Assembly (NCBI GenBank): GCA_042219045.1
Contig: JBDGQO010000050.1
Location: forward strand, 1-13,594
Length of the DNA stretch: 13,594 bases
Source of the DNA: Candidatus Bipolaricaulia bacterium
GTDB taxonomy: Bacteria; Bipolaricaulota; Bipolaricaulia; RBG-16-55-9
Reading direction: 5' to 3'
In this document: positions 1 to 7,339 of the stretch, in pieces
Layout of the letters: every line of letters begins with the position of its first letter
Position numbering within the stretch: position 1 is the stretch's first letter
Notes under the pieces: model-generated
What the model was told of the DNA's origin: nothing
The model's database searches: none
Seen by the model: the letters and a program-made list of their open reading frames with translations, nothing else
Program-made: the position numbers and the translations under genes

Positions 1-30
1 CCGGCGCCTGCCAGGGGAGACAGGCGCCGG
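1..30 (-). terminator. GC-rich hairpin downstream of ccsA, probable intrinsic terminator
   Basis: Perfect 10-bp inverted repeat CCGGCGCCTG (1-10) / CAGGCGCCGG (21-30), 45 nt after the ccsA stop. Any U-tract on the minus strand would lie outside the window. Confidence 0.55.
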
Positions 31-75
31 CCGTGCGCGTCGGCGTTCGCCCCGAGTCCGGGGACTAGGGAACCC

Positions 76-975
76 TTAGGCGTAGCTGTGCAGACCCGCC
101 AGGAGATAGTTGACGCCGACCCAGGTAAAGATGGCGGCGGCGAAGCCGAGCACGGCGAGCCAGGCCGTGCGGTGGTCCCGCCAGCCCCAGCTCACCCGCG
201 CGTGGAGATAGAGCGCGAAGACGAGGAACGTGATGAGGCTCCAGACCTCCTTCGGGTCCCAGCCCCAGTAGCGGCCCCAGGCGTGCTGGGCCCAGACCAT
301 GCCGAAGATCATGGGACCGATGGTGAAGAAGGGGAAGCCGATCGCGATGGCCTTGTAGCTGACTTGATCGAGCTTCTTGAGCAGCGCGTTGTCGCCGCCA
401 CGCCATTGGTGCCAGAGGAACAGGATGCTGGCGACGAACGCGACCGCGAAGAAGCCCTCGCCGATGAAGCCGAAGGCGATGTGGGCCACGAGCCAGTAGC
501 TCTGCAGCGCGGGCACGAGCGGCTCCACGCCCTTGTCGGCCACCAGCGGCGACGACGCCAGGGCGACAAAGAGGAACGACAGCCCGATGGCGAACGCGCC
601 CAACGAGCGGACTTTATACTTCCACTCGAAGATGAGATACGCCAGCGGAATGACCCAGGCGAAGAAGGTGAACGTCTCGTAAGTGCCCGTCACGGGCGTC
701 GGCATGAAGAAGCCGGAGACGTTCCAGATCTCGATGGTGCGCAGCGCGACCGCGACCGTCGCGATCGCGAAGGTGACGACGGTGACGCCGGAGGCCCAGT
801 GGCCCCAGCGGGTGTCCTTGGTGAGCCAGATCGACCCCGTGTTGGCCGTGCCGCCGCCGGCATACTGGGCTTGACCCACGGCGAGCCGGGGCGCGCCGAC
901 CAGGTGCAGCAGATAGAGCACGAAGCCGACGAAGTAGCCGATCGCGCTCAGGAAGAAAAAGAACGTGCTGTCCAT
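76..975 (-). CDS. ccsA: System II cytochrome c biogenesis protein CcsA/ResC (called CcsB in some annotation schemes); heme channel/synthase
   Basis: WWD domain WAQHAWGRYWGWDPKE, LVPALQSYWLVAH, LYLHAR and C-terminal GLHSYA histidines, multiple hydrophobic helices, purine-rich RBS (AAAGGGGG) upstream. Confidence 0.95.
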   Translation of the reverse strand: MDSTFFFFLSAIGYFVGFVLYLLHLVGAPRLAVGQAQYAGGGTANTGSIWLTKDTRWGHWASGVTVVTFAIATVAVALRTIEIWNVSGFFMPTPVTGTYETFTFFAWVIPLAYLIFEWKYKVRSLGAFAIGLSFLFVALASSPLVADKGVEPLVPALQSYWLVAHIAFGFIGEGFFAVAFVASILFLWHQWRGGDNALLKKLDQVSYKAIAIGFPFFTIGPMIFGMVWAQHAWGRYWGWDPKEVWSLITFLVFALYLHARVSWGWRDHRTAWLAVLGFAAAIFTWVGVNYLLAGLHSYA

Positions 976-1000
976 CGTGGACGATCCCCCTTTCAGCCGT

Positions 1001-3049
1001 TCATGAAGCCGCTTCGCCGGGCGTCGCCTCGGGCGCGTCCGAGTCGGACCTCGGCGTTTGGGACGCGGCCGACAAATCCTCTTGGACTCGCTCCAGGAGC
1101 GTGTCGAACTCGCCCATGAACTCGCGGTTGTCCCGACCCACGCCGCCGATCACGAGGCGGCCGCGCTCGCTCACGGCCCAGACCCAGCGCGGCGGCATGT
1201 AGAAGTTCAGGACGATGCCGATGACCATGACGACGAAGCTGGCGTAGATGATCCCGATGCCGGGGTTGCTGCTGACTTGCAATCCCGTGAACTGCGGGGC
1301 GCTCATGCCGACGATGTCGATCCGGAAGGGCTGCTCGCCCAGCCGGCCCTGAGTCATGGCCGGTTGCTGCGAGCTGCCGCTGTTGGCGTTGCCCGTATTC
1401 GGGATCCAGATCTGCATGTCGGGGAACCGGGCGAAGGTGTAGCCGTGGAACATCAGTTCCTCGCCTCGATAGACCCGCATCTCCGCGGCCGGGTTGTTGA
1501 GCCGGCGGCTGCGGTTCTGCGGGCCGTTCTTCGTGAACATGATGTCGGGATAGAAACGGACGAACTCCGCCGTCAGCTCCGCGGTCAGCTGGAAGCGCTT
1601 GCCCTGGGTGACGGTCGTCTCGCGCAAGGTCTCCACGACCTCGTAGTCCGAGCCGCCCCCGTGGGGAGACTGTTGCGAGCCCTGTGAGCCCTGCGCGTCC
1701 TGGGACGTGTCGCCGTGCGGGTTCTGCTGCGCGGACGCGGTCGTCACGCCCACAGCGTTGCTCGTGTCGCCCGCGTTGCTGGAATCCTGCGAGTCGGAGT
1801 CCTCGGGGCTTGGGCTCTGCGAGGTCGAGGCGACCTTTTGCACGGCGAAGGTGACCTCCGCGCCGCCCATCCAGTCGCTGCCGAACGAGGTCTGATAGAA
1901 GTTGATCCCCTCGTACGTCATCGGGTCGTTGACCTGGATGGTCTTCGTCTTGACCTCTTGGCCGTCCTCGATGACGGTCAGCTGGCTGTACCAGTCCTTG
2001 ATCTTGCCGTCCTCGTAGGTCTCGGTCCAGAGGTCGTCGACGCGGACCTGGAAGTCCGCGTTCGGGACGTCGAAGACCTCGCCCTTGTTGGCCTGCTGGA
2101 ACGCCTCGAAGCCGAACAAGCCGCCCACGAGCGCTCCGACCAACAGCAACACGAGACTGGCGTGGAAGACGTCGACACCGAGGCGGCCGAAGCGCTGCTT
2201 CGACGCCATCAGGTTGGCCCCCTCGCGCTTGACCTTGTAGCCCTTCTCGCGCAACGACTCCGCCGCGCGGTCGAGGGCCTTGATGGGGCCGCCGCTGATG
2301 GGCACTTCCGCGCTGTTCTCCAGCTTCAGCAGCGAGTCGGCCGTCTGGCCGCCCGGCTGGCGCTTGAGCATGCGCAGCGAGGTGCGGAAGCGCCGCGACA
2401 GGCAGGCCGTCGTGTTGAGGCCGAGCAGCCCGAGCAGGCCGAGGTAGAACCAGCTGTGGAACAGGCCGTCGAGCTGGAAGAAGCTGATGACCTGATAGCC
2501 CGTCTCGCCGTACTGGCCCACGTAGGCCGTCTGAGACTGGCCTTGCGGGATGAGCGTGCCGATAATCGACAGCACCGTCAGCACGACGATCAGCCCGATC
2601 GCCAGCTTCACGGACGCCAGCCCCCGCCAGAGCTGGGCGATCTGGGAGCGCTGTTCCGGCATGCCGACGAGCTCGCGGATGCGTTCCTTGGCCTCCGGAG
2701 CGGCTTGCAGGCACGAGTCATAGGGGCTCTCGCCCCGGACGATCGCTTCGGCGTTGTCGGCACAGTCCTCGTAGCCGCAACGGCCGCAGTTGAGGCCGGC
2801 CAGCTCCTGACGCACCCGCTCGACTTTGGTGCTGAAGCTGAGCGGCTGCGCGTCTGCGCCGGAGACAACCGATGGGTCAGCCGCGTCGGATTGAACGGGG
2901 TGCTCGGACGGGGTCTCGGGCGGGGACGAGGCGGCGGACGCTTCCGTGTCCGGCAGCGCCGTCCCGCACGCGTGGCAGAAGTTGCCCTCCGCCTGCACTT
3001 CGGTTCCGCAATTCGGGCAAAACATCGCCCCTCCTTCTTGCGTCGTCAC
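1001..3049 (-). CDS. resB: Cytochrome c biogenesis protein ResB/Ccs1 with N-terminal zinc-ribbon and putative [4Fe-4S] domain
   Basis: ResB signatures LASVKLAIGLIVVLTVLSIIGTLIPQ, FHSWFYLGLLGLLGLNTTAC, TM His in GVDVFHASL, IQVNDPMTYEG and TGLQVSSNPG. Lies between resA and ccsA. The GTG at 3049 overlaps the resA stop (GTGA). An alternative ATG at 3025 follows AAGGAGG. Confidence 0.92.
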   Translation of the reverse strand: MTTQEGGAMFCPNCGTEVQAEGNFCHACGTALPDTEASAASSPPETPSEHPVQSDAADPSVVSGADAQPLSFSTKVERVRQELAGLNCGRCGYEDCADNAEAIVRGESPYDSCLQAAPEAKERIRELVGMPEQRSQIAQLWRGLASVKLAIGLIVVLTVLSIIGTLIPQGQSQTAYVGQYGETGYQVISFFQLDGLFHSWFYLGLLGLLGLNTTACLSRRFRTSLRMLKRQPGGQTADSLLKLENSAEVPISGGPIKALDRAAESLREKGYKVKREGANLMASKQRFGRLGVDVFHASLVLLLVGALVGGLFGFEAFQQANKGEVFDVPNADFQVRVDDLWTETYEDGKIKDWYSQLTVIEDGQEVKTKTIQVNDPMTYEGINFYQTSFGSDWMGGAEVTFAVQKVASTSQSPSPEDSDSQDSSNAGDTSNAVGVTTASAQQNPHGDTSQDAQGSQGSQQSPHGGGSDYEVVETLRETTVTQGKRFQLTAELTAEFVRFYPDIMFTKNGPQNRSRRLNNPAAEMRVYRGEELMFHGYTFARFPDMQIWIPNTGNANSGSSQQPAMTQGRLGEQPFRIDIVGMSAPQFTGLQVSSNPGIGIIYASFVVMVIGIVLNFYMPPRWVWAVSERGRLVIGGVGRDNREFMGEFDTLLERVQEDLSAASQTPRSDSDAPEATPGEAAS

Positions 3050-3675
3050 TGGGAACTCCCCCGGGGGTCGAACGCCGTTGAGATCCGATCAAAGGACGCC
3101 TCCAAGGACTCGAATGTCATCGGCCCGAGCCAGACGCCACGAACGACCCGGTTCTGGTCGATGAAGTAGGACGTCGGCGTTCCCGTGAGCCGATAGGCCA
3201 CAAACGCCTTTCCTTGGCGATCCAGCAGGTTGGGATACGTGACGCCCTTGTCCTGGAGGAACGAGCGGACCTGCGCCGGATCCTCGGCCCAGTTGATGCC
3301 GACGATCTGGACCTGGTCCTGATACCGCTCGTAGAACGCCTGAAGATGCGGGATCTCTTGGATGCAGGGCGCGCACGAGCTCGCCCAGAAGTTCAACATG
3401 ATCGGCTTGCCCCCCTGGCTCAGTTCGCCCAAGCTGGTTCTCTCCCCGTCGGCGCCCGTGAGCGTGAACGCCGGGGCGCGGTAGCCGAGCTCCGGCGCCC
3501 GTTCCTCACCCTTGGCCGCCTTCTCGGCCGCCCAGAACGATCCGCGACCCTCGGCGATCGCTTGGTGATCCGGGCTGTCGCCGCCGAAGTTGGCGGTGAT
3601 AAAGGAGTGGCTGACGAGAGCAAGCCCGGCCGCCGCCAGACCGATCAACAAGCCGATGCTGAGCTTCTTCACCAT
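3046..3675 (-). CDS. resA: Membrane-anchored thiol-disulfide oxidoreductase, ResA/TlpA family
   Basis: N-terminal hydrophobic anchor, APAFTL, NFWASSCAPC (CXXC) and GTPTSYFID cis-Pro loop. First gene of the System II operon, with RBS AAAGGGA. Confidence 0.85.
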   Translation of the reverse strand: MVKKLSIGLLIGLAAAGLALVSHSFITANFGGDSPDHQAIAEGRGSFWAAEKAAKGEERAPELGYRAPAFTLTGADGERTSLGELSQGGKPIMLNFWASSCAPCIQEIPHLQAFYERYQDQVQIVGINWAEDPAQVRSFLQDKGVTYPNLLDRQGKAFVAYRLTGTPTSYFIDQNRVVRGVWLGPMTFESLEASFDRISTAFDPRGSSQ

Positions 3676-3711
3676 ATCAAGATCCCTTTATCTCTTTATC
3701 GGGTTGCGCGC

Positions 3712-3776
3712 ATTGTAGATCCCGGGCGAAGCCGCCAGCTATGATCTGCATCAGGCCGCGGGCTGACCCGTATCAA
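3712..3776 (-). promoter_or_regulatory. Putative Crp/Fnr-activated promoter of resA-resB-ccsA
   Basis: -10 hexamer TACAAT (minus strand, 3717-3712). FNR-like boxes aTGAT-ctgc-ATCAg (3741-3754) and cTGAc-ccgt-ATCAA (3763-3776). The proximal box is centred about -42.5 from the inferred start. Confidence 0.65.
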
Positions 3777-3815
3777 GGTCGCGGACAAGCGGCCCGCCAG
3801 ATCGCGCAAATCGGC

Positions 3816-3879
3816 ATGACGTCGGTCAGTTCCAATGTTGAGTCACGTCATAGGCGCCTCCGTGCCGAAGCCTTACGCT
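3816..3879 (+). promoter_or_regulatory. Putative autoregulated promoter of the Crp/Fnr gene
   Basis: Boxes aTGAC-gtcg-GTCAg (3816-3829) and TTGAg-tcac-gTCAt (3838-3851). -10-like TACGCT at 3874-3879 puts the proximal box at about -41.5. Confidence 0.55.
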
Positions 3880-3949
3880 GCGACCACAAACCGGACCTAC
3901 TTGTCGGATTTGTCGGATGGGGGGCGACCCCGCGGTGAAAGGAGCGATC

Positions 3950-4657
3950 ATGGCGAGATCGGGATTGGCGGATGAGCACGCGGACGTGACGTGGCTGCCC
4001 ACGAACAAGGACTTCATGCGCCTCGCGCAGACGTTTGAGTGCGAGCCGGGCCAGCCCGTCTTCCAGAGCGGCATGCCGGCCGAACACCTCTACGTGGTCC
4101 AATCCGGAAGCGTCAAGTTGGTCCGGCCCTGCAGCGACAAGAGCAAGGACTACATCCTGAAGATCCTCGGGCCCGGCGAGCTCGTCGGCGCGGAGGCGTT
4201 CTTCGGCAGCGGCGTCTACCGCGCCCATGCCAAGGCGATCCAGCGCAGCCAGCTCCTCGTGCTCGGCCGCAGCGAGGTCTACACCTTTCTGCGACGCCGT
4301 CCGAAGACGGCGCTGCATCTATTGCAGGTGGCCTCGCAGGAGCTGGAGTCGTTTGAGGAACGCCTCGTGGAGACGGCCTACGAGCAGGGCGAGAAGCGGC
4401 TTGCCCACCAACTCTTGGAGCTGAGTCGTCGGTTCGGGGTCGCGCACAACGGCGGGGCCTATCTGAAGCTCGATCTGACCCGGACGGAACTGGCGGAGCT
4501 CGTGGGGCTCCGACCCGAAACGACGATCCGAATTCTGAGCCGCTGGCGAGACAACGGCCTCTTGAAGGAAGAGGACCGCCACATCGTCATCGAGGATCGC
4601 CAGCAGCTCGAGCAGCTGGCGGAGGTCGAGACCGCACGGAGTCCCTTCTCCGCCTGA
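3950..4657 (+). CDS. Crp/Fnr family transcriptional regulator
   Basis: cNMP-binding fold (VFQSGMPAEHLYVVQSGSVKL, LGPGELVG) and C-terminal HTH LTRTELAELVGLRPETTIRILSRW. The ATG at 3950 follows AAGGAG and is preferred over 3917. Confidence 0.95.
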   Translation: MARSGLADEHADVTWLPTNKDFMRLAQTFECEPGQPVFQSGMPAEHLYVVQSGSVKLVRPCSDKSKDYILKILGPGELVGAEAFFGSGVYRAHAKAIQRSQLLVLGRSEVYTFLRRRPKTALHLLQVASQELESFEERLVETAYEQGEKRLAHQLLELSRRFGVAHNGGAYLKLDLTRTELAELVGLRPETTIRILSRWRDNGLLKEEDRHIVIEDRQQLEQLAEVETARSPFSA

Positions 4658-4817
4658 GCCCGGCTGCCACCGGCGCCCCCATACCCTACGTCTCGGACGA
4701 TTGGTCTCCCCCCTGTGTCGGCCCGATGACGGCCAGACCCCGCACGCGGCTCGTGGGGCGTTCGGGCTGTGTTCGGGGCGCGACCAGGCTTGCCCGCCCT
4801 GAGCTCTCCGGCGCCGA

Positions 4818-4859
4818 TTGATATAGATCCTTCCCCTCAGCCAATCGGCTCGTTATGCT
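4818..4859 (+). promoter_or_regulatory. Putative Crp/Fnr class II promoter of the ald-like / CoA-transferase operon
   Basis: TTGAT-atag-ATCct (4818-4831), then 22 nt, then TATGCT (4854-4859), then GGAGG RBS before ATG 4880. Confidence 0.55.
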
Positions 4860-4879
4860 AGCGTCCGAAGGGAGGTCTT

Positions 4880-6013
4880 ATGATCGTCGGAATTCCGAAG
4901 GAACATCCGCCCGGTCCGGGCCTCGACGAGCGGCGCGTCGGCCTGACGCCGGCCGGGGCCGCGGAACTGAGCGAGCTCGGCGCGACCGTGGTCGTCGAGA
5001 GCACTTCCGGACAGGGCGCCCACTTCCGCGACGAGGACTACCAACACGCGGGAGCGGAGATCGTCTTCAGCCACGACGAGGCGTTCGGGCGGGCGGATCT
5101 CGTCTGCAAGGTCGGTCGGCCCATGGACGACGAGTTGTCCACCTTGCGTGAGGGCCAGGCGGTGCTCGGCTTCCACCACCTCGTGACGGCGCCACGCTCG
5201 CATTTGGCCGCGTTGCTCGACGGTGCGATTACCGCGATCAGCTACGAGTTGATCGAGACATCCGACGGCGGCCATCCCGTGCTGGAACCGACCAGCGAGA
5301 TCGCGGGGGCCATGGTGCCCCAACTGGCGGGGCGCATGCTCGAGCGCGGTCGCGGGACGCTTTTGGCCAGCGTGCCCGGCATCCCGCCCGCCGACGTCGT
5401 CATCCTGGGCGGCGGGACGCTCGGCTACCATGCCGCGCGGGCGCTGCGCGGCCTCGGCACCTCCGTCTACATCCTGGAACGCGATCCCCGACGGCTCCAG
5501 GAACTCGACCGCCTCTTCGACGGCGGCGTCGTCACGGCGTTGTCGACGCGGGCCGCCGTGGAGAAGTTCGCCCGGTTTGCCGACGTGCTCATCGGTGCGG
5601 TGCTGGTCTCGGGGGAACGGGCGCCGCGGCTCGTCACGCGCGACACGGTCACCGCCATGGAGCCCGGCGCCGTGATCCTCGACTTCGCCATCGACCACGG
5701 CGGCTGTGTGGAGACGTCTCGGCCGATCCCGCATCCGGACGACGCCTACCAGCAGAGCGGGGTCTGGCACGTCTGCATGCCGAACGCCAGCAGCCTCGTC
5801 GCCCGAACCGCCAGCCATGCGCTCACCAACGCCGCGCTTCCGTACCTGCGCACCCTGGTCCAATCCGATCTCCCTTCCGCGTGGACGGAATGGCCGGAGC
5901 TGGCCCGCGGCGTGTCGACCCACAACGGCGCGGTGACGAGCCGGCCGTTGGCCCGCGCCCACGGCCGCGAGCATCATCCCCTGGAAGAGCTGGAATCTGA
6001 GGAGCTGTCATGA
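4880..6013 (+). CDS. ald: Alanine dehydrogenase family protein (AlaDH/PNT fold), divergent active site
   Basis: MIVGIPKE...ERRVGLTP, SYELIE, SEIAG, GGGTLG Rossmann motif, GAVLVSGERAPRLVT, DFAIDHGGCVETS, ARTASHAL. GGGAGG RBS. Substrate uncertain (see findings). Confidence 0.8.
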   Translation: MIVGIPKEHPPGPGLDERRVGLTPAGAAELSELGATVVVESTSGQGAHFRDEDYQHAGAEIVFSHDEAFGRADLVCKVGRPMDDELSTLREGQAVLGFHHLVTAPRSHLAALLDGAITAISYELIETSDGGHPVLEPTSEIAGAMVPQLAGRMLERGRGTLLASVPGIPPADVVILGGGTLGYHAARALRGLGTSVYILERDPRRLQELDRLFDGGVVTALSTRAAVEKFARFADVLIGAVLVSGERAPRLVTRDTVTAMEPGAVILDFAIDHGGCVETSRPIPHPDDAYQQSGVWHVCMPNASSLVARTASHALTNAALPYLRTLVQSDLPSAWTEWPELARGVSTHNGAVTSRPLARAHGREHHPLEELESEELS

Positions 6014-7326
6014 GCTGGAGAGACCAATACGACGCCAAGATCTGCTCGGCGAATGAGGCCGTGTCGGCGGTGGAGAGCGGCCAGCAACTCTACATGAGCG
6101 GCAACGCGGCGACTCCGTTCACGCTCGTGGACGCCTTGGCCGCGCGCGGCGACGAGCTGGAGAACGTGGAGGTCATCCACCTGCTGATGTTCAGCAAGGG
6201 CGAGTCGGACCCGCTCTCCCAACCGGAGATGGAGGGGAGCTTCCGCCACAACTCGCTGTTCGTCGGGCCGGCGGACCGCGAGGCGATCGCGACGGGCCGC
6301 GCGGATTACACGCCGATTTATCTCTTCGAAATTCCCGACTTGTTGCGATCGGAGCTGTCCATCGACGTCGCGATGATCCACACCTCGCCGCCGGACGATC
6401 ACGGCTTTCTCAGCCTCGGCGTGGAGTGCCTCGCCTCCCAGGCCGCCGTGAATTCCGCCGACCTGATCATCGCCCAAGTCAACGAACGGATGCCGCGCAC
6501 GCTGGGCAATTCCTTCGTCCACGTCTCGCACGTCGATCGCGTCGTCGAGGTGAGCGACGCGCTGCCCGAGCTGGAGCTCGGCGAGCCCGGTCCAGTGGAG
6601 GCGAAGATCGGCGAGCACATCGCCAGCCTGGTGGGCGACGGGGCGACGCTGCAGTTGGGAATCGGCGGCATCCCCGACGCCGTGTTGAAACAGCTGCGCG
6701 ACCGGCGCGACTTGGGCGTCCACACGGAGATGGTCAGCGACGGCGTCGTGGATCTGTTGGAGGCCGGGGTCATCACGGGGCAAGCGAAGTCGCTGCATCC
6801 CGGCAAGGTGATCGCCACGTTCCTGTTGGGCACGGAACGGCTCTACGACTACGCGCACAACAACCCGATCTTTGAGATCCACCCGACCGACTACACCAAC
6901 GATCCGTTCGTCATCGCCCAGAACACGGACATGGTCGCGGTCAACTCCGCCATCGAGGTCGATCTGACGGGCCAGGTCTGTTCCGACTCCATCGGCACCA
7001 AGATCTACAGCGGCTTCGGCGGCCAAGTCGACTTTATCCGCGGCGCGGCAAGAGCCCCCGGCGGCGTCCCGGTCATCGCCGTTCCCTCCACGGCCAAGGG
7101 CGGCGAGGTCTCCCGCATCGTGCCCCATCTGAAACAGGGCGCCGGCGTCGTCACGACCCGCGCGGCGGTCCATTACGTCGTGACCGAATACGGCATCGCC
7201 CAGCTCTGGGGCAAGACGCTGCGCGAGCGGGCGGAGGCGCTGATCGAGATCGCGCATCCCGACTTCCGCGAGGAGCTTGAGCGGGCCTACATGGCCCGCT
7301 TCGGGCACGCCCCAAGCCACGTATGA
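6010..7326 (+). CDS. Acetyl-CoA hydrolase/transferase family protein (4-hydroxybutyrate CoA-transferase-like, family I)
   Basis: SPPDDHGFLSLG, QVNERMPRT, LQLGIGGIP, catalytic Glu in HTEM, EVDLTGQV, SGFGGQVDF, VVTEYGIA, IAHPDFRE. ATGA overlap with the upstream gene. Confidence 0.93.
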   Translation: MSWRDQYDAKICSANEAVSAVESGQQLYMSGNAATPFTLVDALAARGDELENVEVIHLLMFSKGESDPLSQPEMEGSFRHNSLFVGPADREAIATGRADYTPIYLFEIPDLLRSELSIDVAMIHTSPPDDHGFLSLGVECLASQAAVNSADLIIAQVNERMPRTLGNSFVHVSHVDRVVEVSDALPELELGEPGPVEAKIGEHIASLVGDGATLQLGIGGIPDAVLKQLRDRRDLGVHTEMVSDGVVDLLEAGVITGQAKSLHPGKVIATFLLGTERLYDYAHNNPIFEIHPTDYTNDPFVIAQNTDMVAVNSAIEVDLTGQVCSDSIGTKIYSGFGGQVDFIRGAARAPGGVPVIAVPSTAKGGEVSRIVPHLKQGAGVVTTRAAVHYVVTEYGIAQLWGKTLRERAEALIEIAHPDFREELERAYMARFGHAPSHV

Positions 7327-7339
7327 TATCCTTTCTCCC

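Noticed and set aside
88..1119. 343-aa plus-strand ORF opposite ccsA
   Set aside because: Antisense shadow with no family motifs.
993..3169. 573-aa minus-strand and 484-aa/209-aa plus-strand ORFs overlapping resB
   Set aside because: Arg/Gly/Pro-rich frame-shifted or antisense shadows of a well-supported gene.
4658..4812. Possible riboswitch or sRNA between the regulator and ald (repeated GTTCGGG)
   Set aside because: No recognisable RNA family consensus or strong stem, and it lies upstream of the inferred ald promoter. An Infernal/Rfam scan would decide.
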